DNA from: Bacteroidia bacterium
Lineage (GTDB): Bacteria > Bacteroidota > Bacteroidia > J057
NCBI GenBank assembly: GCA_030430205.1
Contig: JAUIGE010000019.1
Coordinates: 69,928-133,927 of the forward strand
Length of the DNA: 64,000 nucleotides
Reading direction: 5' to 3'
Under the pieces are notes generated by a model. The model made no database searches, was not told the DNA's origin, and saw only the letters and a program-made list of their open reading frames with translations. Shown here in pieces: positions 17,702 to 26,830 of this stretch. The first letter of the stretch is position 1. Each line of letters begins with the position of its first letter. Both the position numbers and the translations under genes were made by a program.

Positions 17702-20524
17702 ATGGCAAACGCTACTTACCTAAAAAATCATATGAAAACTTCCACTCATTACTTTGCGGGACTGCTATCAGGATTAATGAATCAGCACAGATCCCTCCTG
17801 CTGGTCCTTCTTGTTTTTCCATTTAGCACAAGCCTAACGGCCCAGGAGGATGCACCAGAACGAATTCCCAAGTATCCTATTCCCTATGAATACCCTACAG
17901 TTGACGGTATCAAAGATGTGCTACATCGCGTGCGTCGCTATTATGAATCTAGCAGCCCCCAAAAAATTGTCCATGCAGAAACAGGCAAAGAGATCACAAA
18001 TTTTTCAAAACTGAACCCGCATGCGCAGGTTTCAGAAGGCTTCTCAAGCGAGTGGAGTTACACGCATGGTGTGGTGCTTTCGGCCTTCGATTACATCGAA
18101 GATGTGACGGGCGATTCCAGCTTTTTTGCCAACAACACCCGCTTTTATGATTTTGTAATTGAGCACTTACCCTATTTTCGCAAGAATGCGGAGAAATATG
18201 GTACAAATGCAGGTGGATGGCATTCACTCACCGATATGCACGCCCTCGATGATTGCGGTTCCATCGGTGCAGCGATGATCAAAACCTATTTAAAAGACAA
18301 AAACGAGGACTACCTCGAACTGATCAATATCACGGCCGATTTTATTAGCAACAAACAATTCCGCCTTGAAGATGGCACCCTGGCGCGCCATCGCCCACAG
18401 TACCAATCCGTATGGGCAGATGATTTATACATGAGCGTGCCCTTCCTGGCAAATATGGGCAAACTTACGGGAGACAATGCATATTATGATGATGCAGTAA
18501 GGCAAGTTTTGCAAATGGCTGATCGGCTTTATATTCCCGGTAAAGAGCTATTTGATCACGGTTGGAACGTGACAGCGGGGGAGTATGATCCCCGTTTTTA
18601 CTGGGGCCGTGCAAACGGTTGGACGCTGATGACGATGGCAGAATTGCTCAGTATATTGCCGGAAGAATATCCGGGTAGGGATAAAATCCTGCATCTATAT
18701 CGCTCCATGATTCGCAGCCTTGCGGGTATACAGGACGGCACGGGTTTTTGGCACAATATGCTGGATAAATCAGATACCTACCTGGAAACCTCCTGCACCG
18801 CTATGTTTACTTTTGCTGTAGCAAAAGGCATCAATGAAGGCTGGATAAGCCATATTTATGGCCCTGTCGCGCTCACTGGCTGGAACGCCACCCAAAGCCG
18901 GGTGCTGAAAAATGGTGCCGTGGACGGCACCTGCGAAGGCACCACATTCGCTCATGACAATACCTATTATTACTACCGAGGAAAAAGCATTTACGCGACC
19001 CACGGCTATGGTCCGGTACTTTATGCCGGCGCTGAAATGATTCGCCTGCTACAAAACGATAAAATCGAAGTTCAGGCTAACAAAATCAATGCGCGTAACA
19101 GCACTTATCACTATCGCTTAAAAAGCGAATGGCCCAAGGAGGAAGCTACCCCATCCATCGCGCCAAAAGCGGATTCAAAACCCAGAATCATTGTCCTGAC
19201 AGACATTGAAAATGAGCCCGATGATGCCATGTCTCTGGTTCGGTTTTTAACCTATGCCAATCAATGGGATGTGGAAGGTCTGGTCGCTACGACCTCCATT
19301 CATCAACAAAACGAAATAGCCAGCTGGCGTATACGAGAGATTCTTGAAGCCTATGGAAAAGTAAGGGACAATCTCGAAAAACATGAAAAAGGATATCCGA
19401 CAGCGGATCATTTATTATCTCTGGTCAGAGAAGGGCGAAAAGATTATGGGATGCAGGCGGTTGGAAAAGGAATGGATTCAGAGGGTTCTGAATTAATCAT
19501 ACAAGCTGCTGACCGGGAGGATACGCGCCCAGTTTGGGTGCTTGTGTGGGGCGGACCCAATTGCCTTGCCCAGGCACTTTGGAAAGTACGTGCGACACGC
19601 ACGGAGCAGGAATTGCGGCAGTTTGTTTCTAAAATCAGGGTGTACACCATCTCCGATCAGGATGACAGTGGTCCCTGGATCAGAGCAGCGTTTCCTGAGC
19701 TTTTTTATATCGCCAGTCCTGGTTATCATCCCTTTGGCGGCTACCATCATGCTACCTGGACAGGGATCAGCGGAGATAAATTTCATGGCCGCTTTGCGGG
19801 CGGTAATTTTGAGATTGTCGACAATCTCTGGCTCGATCAGCACATTCGCAGCAAAGGGCCTCTGGGAGCGGAGTATCCATGGGCTAAATTTCTGATGGAA
19901 GGGGATTCTCCCAGTTTCATGTACCTCATTAATAATGGTCTGGGGGATCCAGACCATCCCGATTGGGGCAGCTGGGGCGGGCGCTATGAGTTTTACCAGC
20001 CGCGAACCGAAAAATGGTTCCTGCAAGCCGAAACCCGCCCACTTTGGAACAATGCCCAGGATGAAGTCTTCGGCACAGATAGCAGCTGGCATACCAGTAA
20101 CAAAGCCACCATTTGGCGTTGGCGGGAAGCTTATCAGAATGACTTTTCTGCACGCATGGACTGGACCATCAAGTCCTACAAAGAAGCAAATCACCCCCCC
20201 GTTCCCAAACTCGGTCATGAGCAGAAACTTATGGCAAAAGTTGGAGAACGCGTTGATTTAAGCGCAGCGGGTTCCTCCGATCCGGATGGAGACAAGCTGT
20301 CTTACAGATGGTTTTATTATGCCGAGCCCGGTACTTTTACCATCTCTACCGCGAGAAGCGGCGATCCGCTTACCATAGAAGATGCCGACAAGGCGAATGC
20401 CTGGTTTATCGTGCCCGAAAAAGCCAAAAGGCTGGGTACCATGCATCTCATCCTGGAGGTCACAGACCAGGGAACGCCTGCGCTTACCCGCTACAAGCGG
20501 GTGATTGTTACGATTACTCCATAA
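17702..20524 (+). CDS. Fusion protein: GH105/GH88-type unsaturated rhamnogalacturonyl hydrolase + DUF1593 module + Ig-like domain
   Basis: The track ORF starts at TTG 17693. In-frame ATGs are at 17702, 17732 and 17777, and 17777 gives the cleanest signal peptide. The N half has YteR-like character ([14 protein letters not shown]). From about 19180 onward the DUF1593 motif [28 protein letters not shown] appears, followed by a C-terminal [12 protein letters not shown] Ig-like domain. Confidence 0.8.
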   Translation: MANATYLKNHMKTSTHYFAGLLSGLMNQHRSLLLVLLVFPFSTSLTAQEDAPERIPKYPIPYEYPTVDGIKDVLHRVRRYYESSSPQKIVHAETGKEITNFSKLNPHAQVSEGFSSEWSYTHGVVLSAFDYIEDVTGDSSFFANNTRFYDFVIEHLPYFRKNAEKYGTNAGGWHSLTDMHALDDCGSIGAAMIKTYLKDKNEDYLELINITADFISNKQFRLEDGTLARHRPQYQSVWADDLYMSVPFLANMGKLTGDNAYYDDAVRQVLQMADRLYIPGKELFDHGWNVTAGEYDPRFYWGRANGWTLMTMAELLSILPEEYPGRDKILHLYRSMIRSLAGIQDGTGFWHNMLDKSDTYLETSCTAMFTFAVAKGINEGWISHIYGPVALTGWNATQSRVLKNGAVDGTCEGTTFAHDNTYYYYRGKSIYATHGYGPVLYAGAEMIRLLQNDKIEVQANKINARNSTYHYRLKSEWPKEEATPSIAPKADSKPRIIVLTDIENEPDDAMSLVRFLTYANQWDVEGLVATTSIHQQNEIASWRIREILEAYGKVRDNLEKHEKGYPTADHLLSLVREGRKDYGMQAVGKGMDSEGSELIIQAADREDTRPVWVLVWGGPNCLAQALWKVRATRTEQELRQFVSKIRVYTISDQDDSGPWIRAAFPELFYIASPGYHPFGGYHHATWTGISGDKFHGRFAGGNFEIVDNLWLDQHIRSKGPLGAEYPWAKFLMEGDSPSFMYLINNGLGDPDHPDWGSWGGRYEFYQPRTEKWFLQAETRPLWNNAQDEVFGTDSSWHTSNKATIWRWREAYQNDFSARMDWTIKSYKEANHPPVPKLGHEQKLMAKVGERVDLSAAGSSDPDGDKLSYRWFYYAEPGTFTISTARSGDPLTIEDADKANAWFIVPEKAKRLGTMHLILEVTDQGTPALTRYKRVIVTITP

Positions 20525-20535
20525 GCAGATAAGGC

Positions 20536-21555
20536 ATGTTTTTAAAACCCTTATCTCCTGCTTTCGTCCAATGGACCATTTCCGGTATAATAACTTTGAC
20601 AATGCTATCATCATGTCAGCCATCCGGGCAACTTGAGGACCATCAGTCAGATTACGTTTCCTTTGTCGAAAATGACTCACTGGGGAAGCTGGATATTTTT
20701 GTAGATGGGAAATACTTCACTTCCTATTTGTACAGAGACAGCATCCTGCGAAAACCTGTGCTTTTCCCTCTGTTTACCGCCAGTGAAGAAAGGATTACGC
20801 GAGGATTTCCGCTTGCCACAAATCCCGGAGAGCGGATGGATCATCCCCATCATTTTGGCCTGTGGTTTAACCATGGAGTAGTGAATGACATTGACTTTTG
20901 GAACAGTGCTGTTATTCCCAAAAAACAGGATGTGCGCTATGGGAAAATCAAGCATGTGAAATTTCTCAGGATGGAATACGGTGAAAGCGGCAGCCTGGAA
21001 GTGGAAAAGGAATGGCGTAGTGATACGGATGAGTTAATTCTCCTCGAACAGACAAGCTATATTTTTAGTGGAGATACGAACAAGCGGCTGATCACGCATA
21101 TCACCACTCTCTCTGCTCCTGAAGTGGATGTCTTCTTCGAAGATTCCAAGGAAGGCATGTTTGCCATGCGGGTGAGGCGGGAACTTAACACGGATATTAC
21201 GGGTCACTACCGAAATAGCAATGGGCTGGAAGGCTATCCTGAAGTTTGGGGAAAAAGGGCTAAATGGATGCAATTATCAGGCTTTGTCAATGAAGATAGT
21301 ATCTCCATTTGCATATTCGATCACCCTGAAAACCTCAACCACCCGCCTCATTGGATGGCGCGTGACTATGGCTTATATGGCCTCAATCCTTTTGGCAGCA
21401 ACATCTATTCAGAAGGAAAAGAACAATTCAATTTTACCCTCAAAAAAGGGAAATCCATAAAATTCAAGCACCAGGTGCTGATCATCAATGGCATGAATCC
21501 ATCCTTTGAAGAGATTGAATCCCAGTACAATACTTTTGTCACAAGCCTCCGCTAA
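20536..21555 (+). CDS. PmoA-like / DUF6807 family lipoprotein of unknown function
   Basis: 339 aa with a lipobox (MLSSC). The HPHHFGLWFNHG motif and overall pattern resemble the PmoA-named DUF family. The family call is from memory. Confidence 0.55.
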   Translation: MFLKPLSPAFVQWTISGIITLTMLSSCQPSGQLEDHQSDYVSFVENDSLGKLDIFVDGKYFTSYLYRDSILRKPVLFPLFTASEERITRGFPLATNPGERMDHPHHFGLWFNHGVVNDIDFWNSAVIPKKQDVRYGKIKHVKFLRMEYGESGSLEVEKEWRSDTDELILLEQTSYIFSGDTNKRLITHITTLSAPEVDVFFEDSKEGMFAMRVRRELNTDITGHYRNSNGLEGYPEVWGKRAKWMQLSGFVNEDSISICIFDHPENLNHPPHWMARDYGLYGLNPFGSNIYSEGKEQFNFTLKKGKSIKFKHQVLIINGMNPSFEEIESQYNTFVTSLR

Positions 21556-21600
21556 TTCAGCATTGTCTCAAGGAGAGCTTACATTTTAACACCCTATAAT

Positions 21601-24600
21601 ATGTCAGCCAAATTGACCTTCCTGCTGATCCTGTTTTCCCTGACTTGTAAAGTTCAGGGGCAGAAAAAGGATTCCGTTTCACACTATTCCGCTATTGTGA
21701 AATCGCATATTTACAAAGATTATAAGAAAATGTACCGCCAGGGCGGCGGGGCTTTGGTATACCCTTTTCTTACGCCGGGCAGCAATCAATACGCAAATGT
21801 CTTATGGGATTGGGATTCCTGGCTGTCCAATGTTGCTTTGCGGCAAATCCTCTCAGATATCGGCTCAGCGGAAGATAAAGAAGAAGCGATACGCTATGAA
21901 CAAGGCTGCGTGCTCAATTTTTTGCACTATGGCAATTATACAGGCTACCTGCCCATCTCTATTTATGAGAATTCTGACCCTAAGAAAAACCGCCCTGAAA
22001 ACATCTATGATGTCAATATGCATAAACCCGTTTTGGCCCAGCATGCAGCATTTATCACACAACAGACCGGCGGCAATGCCGATTGGATTCGGGAGCATTT
22101 TTACCACTTACAGGCTTTTGTCAATAATTACAAATCGCATCACAGGCACCAGGCTACGGGCCTGTATTATTGGCAGACGGATGTGGCCATCGGAGTCGAT
22201 AATGATCCTGCGACCTTTTTCAGACCCTATAAAAGTTCAGGCTCGATTTACCTGAATTGCCTGATGTACAAGGAATTGCTGGCGATGGTGTACCTGGCAG
22301 ATCGGCTCAAGCTTGCTGAAATAGGCAAAGAATTTGCCGCAGATGCAGCCGCTTTGAAAGCGGCCGTTCAGGAGCATTGCTGGGATGAGCGGGATGGCTT
22401 TTTTTATAGCGTAGACCTCAATTTGCGGCCGGTAACCAATAGGAAGGACAGCACCCTGGGAAGGACCTTCCTGATTCACAGCGGATACCCTCGGGACTAT
22501 GATTGCCTGATTCAAAGAATTGAAGTATGGTCATGTTTTTTGCCCTTATGGGCAGGCATAGCTACGCCTGAACAGGCGGAGCGGATGGTAAAAGAGCATT
22601 ATGCCAACCCCAAAACCTTCAATTCGCCCTCTGGCGTTCGCAGCCTTTCCAAAATGGAAAAGATGTACAGCCTGCGCACCAGCGCCAATCCCTCCAACTG
22701 GAGAGGCCCTATCTGGGGCATCAGCAATTATATGGTTTTCAGGGGAATGGCAGATTACGGCTTTAGCCGGGAAGCAAAAGAACTGGCAACAAAAACGCTT
22801 TTGCTGTTTGGAAAGGATTTTGAAAAAAATGGTGCGCTACATGAATACTATGAGCCTGAAAGCGGTGAGCCGATGCTCAACAAAGGCTTCCAGAACTGGA
22901 ATTACCTGGTGCTCAATATGGTCGCCTGGTTGGAGGGGAAAGAGGTGGTGAGAGAGTTTTCAAATCAATCCTCTCAAGAAAGCCTCAGCCCTGTCAGACT
23001 TCGCTGCGAATACCTCAGCCATCCCCAGGGAATAGAAAGAACCAGGCCCCGCCTTTCCTGGGAACTCGAAGGAAGCGCCCGAAATCTCTATCAGTCGGCA
23101 TATCAAATATTGGTAGCATCCACATCTGACCTCCTCGACGCTGACAAAGGGGATTTATGGGACAGCCAGAAAGTGTTATCTGACGAAACGGCCCATATAG
23201 CCTATGCGGGCAGCGAGTTAACTTCTGCCCAGCAGGTATTCTGGAAGCTGCGGGTGTGGAATCAGCATGGAAATATTTCTGCATGGAGCAAGCCGGCGAG
23301 CTGGACGATGGGATTGCTGAAGGAGAAAGTATGGGGCGGAAAATGGATTGGTCTGGAAGGGAAAATAGCGCCCGCATACCTTCGGGATGCCAACTGGATT
23401 TGTTTTCCCGCTGATCGAAAATCTCCACCTCAGGAAGCTGTGGAGCGCTATTACAGGCGGATCGTGACCATCCCCGTCGGCAAAGAAGTGAAACAAGCGG
23501 AGCTTCTGTATACAGGCGATTATGCCTGTAATGGGGGGATGAATGGAGCGCTATTTGGTACGCGAAATAACCACCATCGGATTAAAAATCCGTCTATCGC
23601 CTTCCGTTTACGGGAAGGGGAAAATGTGATTACCCTGACCGGCACGACGCCGGGCAAGACGGTTGCTTCCGGCGGCGTGGTAGCCGCTGTGGAAATCACC
23701 TTTATGGATGGTGACAAAATCAGGATTCCGACCGACGAAAAGTGGAAAGTTTCAGATGTGGCGGTAGCAGGCTGGGATCAGCCTGGTTTTGATGATGCCG
23801 CGTGGCTATCTGCGCTCAATCTTGGGCCCGTAGGGGCGGAGCCCTGGGGGGAGGTGCTCATCGCCGAAGATCGTCGCCTGCCTGCCCGCTACCTGCGAAA
23901 AGAATTTGAAACCAAACGGAATATCCGACGGGCCACCGTTTTCTATGCTGGTTTGGGCTGGTCTGAACTGTATATAAATGGTGAAAAAATCGGAGATGAA
24001 GTGCTCTCTCCCGGCCTTTCAGAATATCCGAAACGGATTTTTTATGTGACTGCGGATGTGACTAAGCAGCTGCGCAGCGGAAAAAACGCCATAGGCATCA
24101 TCCTTGGAAACGGCCGTTTCTTTGCTCCACGAAGCGAAACCTATGCTTCCATGCCTAGCCTGGGCTTTCCAAAATTGAGGCTACACCTGCGCATAGCCTA
24201 CGATGATGGCAGCGTTGCGGAAATCCTAAGTGATGAAAGTTGGAAACTGACAGACAAGGGCCCGATTATTTCCAATAACGATTACGATGGAGAAGAATAT
24301 GACGCCCGGAAAGAGCTGGGCAACTGGGCGAGTGCGGGCTACGATGACGCTGCCTGGCAGCAAGCCGAAGCGGCGATTGTACCGGAAGGGAAGCTTCAGG
24401 CGCAGATGATAGCGCCCATTCGCATTACAGAAAGCCTTAAACCCATTGCCGTCACAGAGCCGGAACCCGGCAGATTTATCTTTGACCTGGGTCAAAATAT
24501 TGTCGGATGGTGTCGCCTAAAAGTGACAGGGGATGCAGGAACAGTGGTCACTTTGAGACACGCAGAGACTTTGCTCCCCAATGGAAAACTTTCGCTGGTG

Positions 24601-26145
24601 AATATGCGCGCAGCCATGGTGACGGATGTGTACACCTTGAAAGGGAAAGGAGAAGAACTTTGGGAACCCCGATTTACGACACACGGTTTTCGCTATGTAG
24701 AAGTGCGGGGTTATCCGGGAAAACCCGATTTAGACGCCATTGAAGGAAGGATGGTTCATGATGATCTGCCTGTCACAGGCAGCTTTAGCTCTGCTAATCC
24801 ACTGCTGAATCAGATCTATCAAAATGCGAACTGGGGCGTGCGCGGCAATTACAAAAGCATCCCAATGGATTGCCCCCAGCGCGACGAGCGGCAGGGCTGG
24901 TTGGGGGATCGGATAGAAGAAATGCGCGGAGAGGCCTATATGTTTGATGTGGCTCCTTTGTATACAAAATGGCTGCAGGACATCCGCGATGTGCAGGATG
25001 AGCAGGGAAGCATTCCCAGCATCGCGCCCAATTATTGGTCGGGCAAAGGCGACAATGTCACCTGGCCGAGCGCCAGCGTAATCATTCCTCAAACGCTTTG
25101 GGAGCAATATGCTGACAAACAAGTCATTGCGGATAACTACCAGAGCTCTAAAAAATGGATGACTCGCATGAGCAAATATGTGATCGACGGCATCACGGAA
25201 AGTGACAAATACGGCGACTGGTGTGTGCCGCCGGAGGATTTAACCCTCATCCATACACATGATCCCAGCCGCATTACCAGCAAAGGTGTTCTCGCTACCT
25301 CCTTTTTCTACCATGACGCCAGGTTGATGGAAAAATATGCTGGCATGCTGGGTTTTTCAGCAGATTCCATGCACTATGCTGCCCTGGCAGATTCACTCAA
25401 AAGCGCTTTTAACAGAAAATACTATGATCCTAGCCTTGCCCAATATGACAATGGAACACAGACATCCTATATCCTGCCACTGGCATTTGGGATGGTTCCG
25501 GCATCTGAGCGCGCCAGGGTATTTGAAAATCTGGCGAAAAATATCGTGGAGAAATCCAACAGCCACGTGGGTCTGGGCCTTATCGGTGGACAATACCTCT
25601 ATCGGGTGCTTTCTGACAATGGCCGGGCCGACCTGGCTTACACCATCGCCACCCAAAGCGATTATCCGGGATATGGATACATGATCTCTCAGGGAGCGAC
25701 GACCATTTGGGAGCTGTGGAATGGCGATACCGCCGATCCCTCCATGAACTCAGGCAATCATGTCATGCTCCTGGGAGATTTTGTCCCCTGGCTGTATGGC
25801 TACCTGGCAGGCATCATGCCTGATGCAGATCAGCCTGGTTTTAAACACATCATCATGAAGCCTCAGGTCCCTGGCAACCTGGCTTTTGTGAAAGCATCCT
25901 ATCACTCCCTGCGGGGGGAGATTAGCAGCGAATGGCATGATGATGCGAGGCAATTTGAATGGCAAATTAGCATTCCTCCCAACACTTCTGCTACCATTTA
26001 TCTGCCTGCTTCACATGCTGAGTTAATCGAAGAAAATGGCAAGCCGATAGCTGAGGTGAAGGAGCTAACATACCAGGGCAGGGAAAAAAACTACCTGGTT
26101 TACACGATTCAGAATGGATCATATCACTTTACAGTCCGAAAATAA
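21601..26145 (+). CDS. Fusion glycoside hydrolase: N-terminal (alpha/alpha)6 GH63/GH37-like module + C-terminal GH78 alpha-L-rhamnosidase
   Basis: 1514 aa with a signal peptide. The first ~460 aa are trehalase/MGH1-like (NVLWDWDSW, SNWRGPIWG). From about 22990 onward there are GH78 signatures (RLRCEYLSHPQGI, DCPQRDERQGWLGD). Confidence 0.8.
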   Translation: MSAKLTFLLILFSLTCKVQGQKKDSVSHYSAIVKSHIYKDYKKMYRQGGGALVYPFLTPGSNQYANVLWDWDSWLSNVALRQILSDIGSAEDKEEAIRYEQGCVLNFLHYGNYTGYLPISIYENSDPKKNRPENIYDVNMHKPVLAQHAAFITQQTGGNADWIREHFYHLQAFVNNYKSHHRHQATGLYYWQTDVAIGVDNDPATFFRPYKSSGSIYLNCLMYKELLAMVYLADRLKLAEIGKEFAADAAALKAAVQEHCWDERDGFFYSVDLNLRPVTNRKDSTLGRTFLIHSGYPRDYDCLIQRIEVWSCFLPLWAGIATPEQAERMVKEHYANPKTFNSPSGVRSLSKMEKMYSLRTSANPSNWRGPIWGISNYMVFRGMADYGFSREAKELATKTLLLFGKDFEKNGALHEYYEPESGEPMLNKGFQNWNYLVLNMVAWLEGKEVVREFSNQSSQESLSPVRLRCEYLSHPQGIERTRPRLSWELEGSARNLYQSAYQILVASTSDLLDADKGDLWDSQKVLSDETAHIAYAGSELTSAQQVFWKLRVWNQHGNISAWSKPASWTMGLLKEKVWGGKWIGLEGKIAPAYLRDANWICFPADRKSPPQEAVERYYRRIVTIPVGKEVKQAELLYTGDYACNGGMNGALFGTRNNHHRIKNPSIAFRLREGENVITLTGTTPGKTVASGGVVAAVEITFMDGDKIRIPTDEKWKVSDVAVAGWDQPGFDDAAWLSALNLGPVGAEPWGEVLIAEDRRLPARYLRKEFETKRNIRRATVFYAGLGWSELYINGEKIGDEVLSPGLSEYPKRIFYVTADVTKQLRSGKNAIGIILGNGRFFAPRSETYASMPSLGFPKLRLHLRIAYDDGSVAEILSDESWKLTDKGPIISNNDYDGEEYDARKELGNWASAGYDDAAWQQAEAAIVPEGKLQAQMIAPIRITESLKPIAVTEPEPGRFIFDLGQNIVGWCRLKVTGDAGTVVTLRHAETLLPNGKLSLVNMRAAMVTDVYTLKGKGEELWEPRFTTHGFRYVEVRGYPGKPDLDAIEGRMVHDDLPVTGSFSSANPLLNQIYQNANWGVRGNYKSIPMDCPQRDERQGWLGDRIEEMRGEAYMFDVAPLYTKWLQDIRDVQDEQGSIPSIAPNYWSGKGDNVTWPSASVIIPQTLWEQYADKQVIADNYQSSKKWMTRMSKYVIDGITESDKYGDWCVPPEDLTLIHTHDPSRITSKGVLATSFFYHDARLMEKYAGMLGFSADSMHYAALADSLKSAFNRKYYDPSLAQYDNGTQTSYILPLAFGMVPASERARVFENLAKNIVEKSNSHVGLGLIGGQYLYRVLSDNGRADLAYTIATQSDYPGYGYMISQGATTIWELWNGDTADPSMNSGNHVMLLGDFVPWLYGYLAGIMPDADQPGFKHIIMKPQVPGNLAFVKASYHSLRGEISSEWHDDARQFEWQISIPPNTSATIYLPASHAELIEENGKPIAEVKELTYQGREKNYLVYTIQNGSYHFTVRK

Positions 26146-26266
26146 TCAGCATATCTCCATTCTGAATCATCGGCGGAGGCAGGATCAAAAATGTGATTGC
26201 GGCCATTTTTATCCCCCTTATAATCATGTTTGAGCTGGACAATGCTTTGAGGACCCAAGGTCTCCC

Positions 26267-26830
26267 CTATCTCACTTTAAATCCCAGGCGCAACAACTCT
26301 TCTCCAACTCTTAGTTGGAGTTCTCCCAACTTGCTTTGATTGTACTCAAAGCGAAGGATGTCATCTTCCGTCACCATAAAATTGACACATGCCCCTCGGC
26401 GGGCAAGGCCGCCACGCTCTGCAACGACCAGAACCGGTCGCTGGTCCAAAAATTGGAGGATAGCCGTCAACTGACGGCTTTTGGAGGAAGGCACATAAAG
26501 GATGTGCAAAGGTTGGGCAGGGGCCTGCAGGTGGTAGCTAAGGCCTCCCAGGCCTTCGATGGGTTTGATGGAGATAGGCCGGTTGCCGGCTGCGCGCTTC
26601 AATGAGGCCATCAGCTTCAGCTCATCTTCGATAGGAGAGCTGCCAAAAACACCGATGACCAGGGTATCTCCCTGACTCTCAGAGGGCCAACTGACATATC
26701 GGGTAAATTTGTAGATATACAAAGACTGGGCGCGGTAGCTGATACCTTGCCCCATCAATTGTTGCAAGCCCAGCAGCAGAAATATCATGCATAACAGAAA
26801 GGGACGATATGTAGCGTAGCAGTGTTTCAT
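26267..26830 (-). CDS. YfiR-like DUF4154 periplasmic protein
   Basis: 187 aa with a signal peptide. It has the IYKFTRYVSWP motif and C-terminal GACVNF...FEYN...L pattern typical of DUF4154. Its start overlaps the upstream TBDR stop by 4 bp. Confidence 0.7.
   Translation of the reverse strand: MKHCYATYRPFLLCMIFLLLGLQQLMGQGISYRAQSLYIYKFTRYVSWPSESQGDTLVIGVFGSSPIEDELKLMASLKRAAGNRPISIKPIEGLGGLSYHLQAPAQPLHILYVPSSKSRQLTAILQFLDQRPVLVVAERGGLARRGACVNFMVTEDDILRFEYNQSKLGELQLRVGEELLRLGFKVR

Noticed and set aside
20536-21555. Reading the PmoA-like protein as a methane/ammonia monooxygenase subunit.
   Set aside because: It is a soluble lipoprotein-type sequence without the polytopic membrane topology of PmoA. 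No pmoB/pmoC genes are present, and the context is a glycan-degradation locus.
26267-26830. Annotating the locus as a complete YfiBNR c-di-GMP signalling system.
   Set aside because: Only the YfiR-like component is present. There is no GGDEF (YfiN) or OmpA/Pal-like (YfiB) gene in the window.
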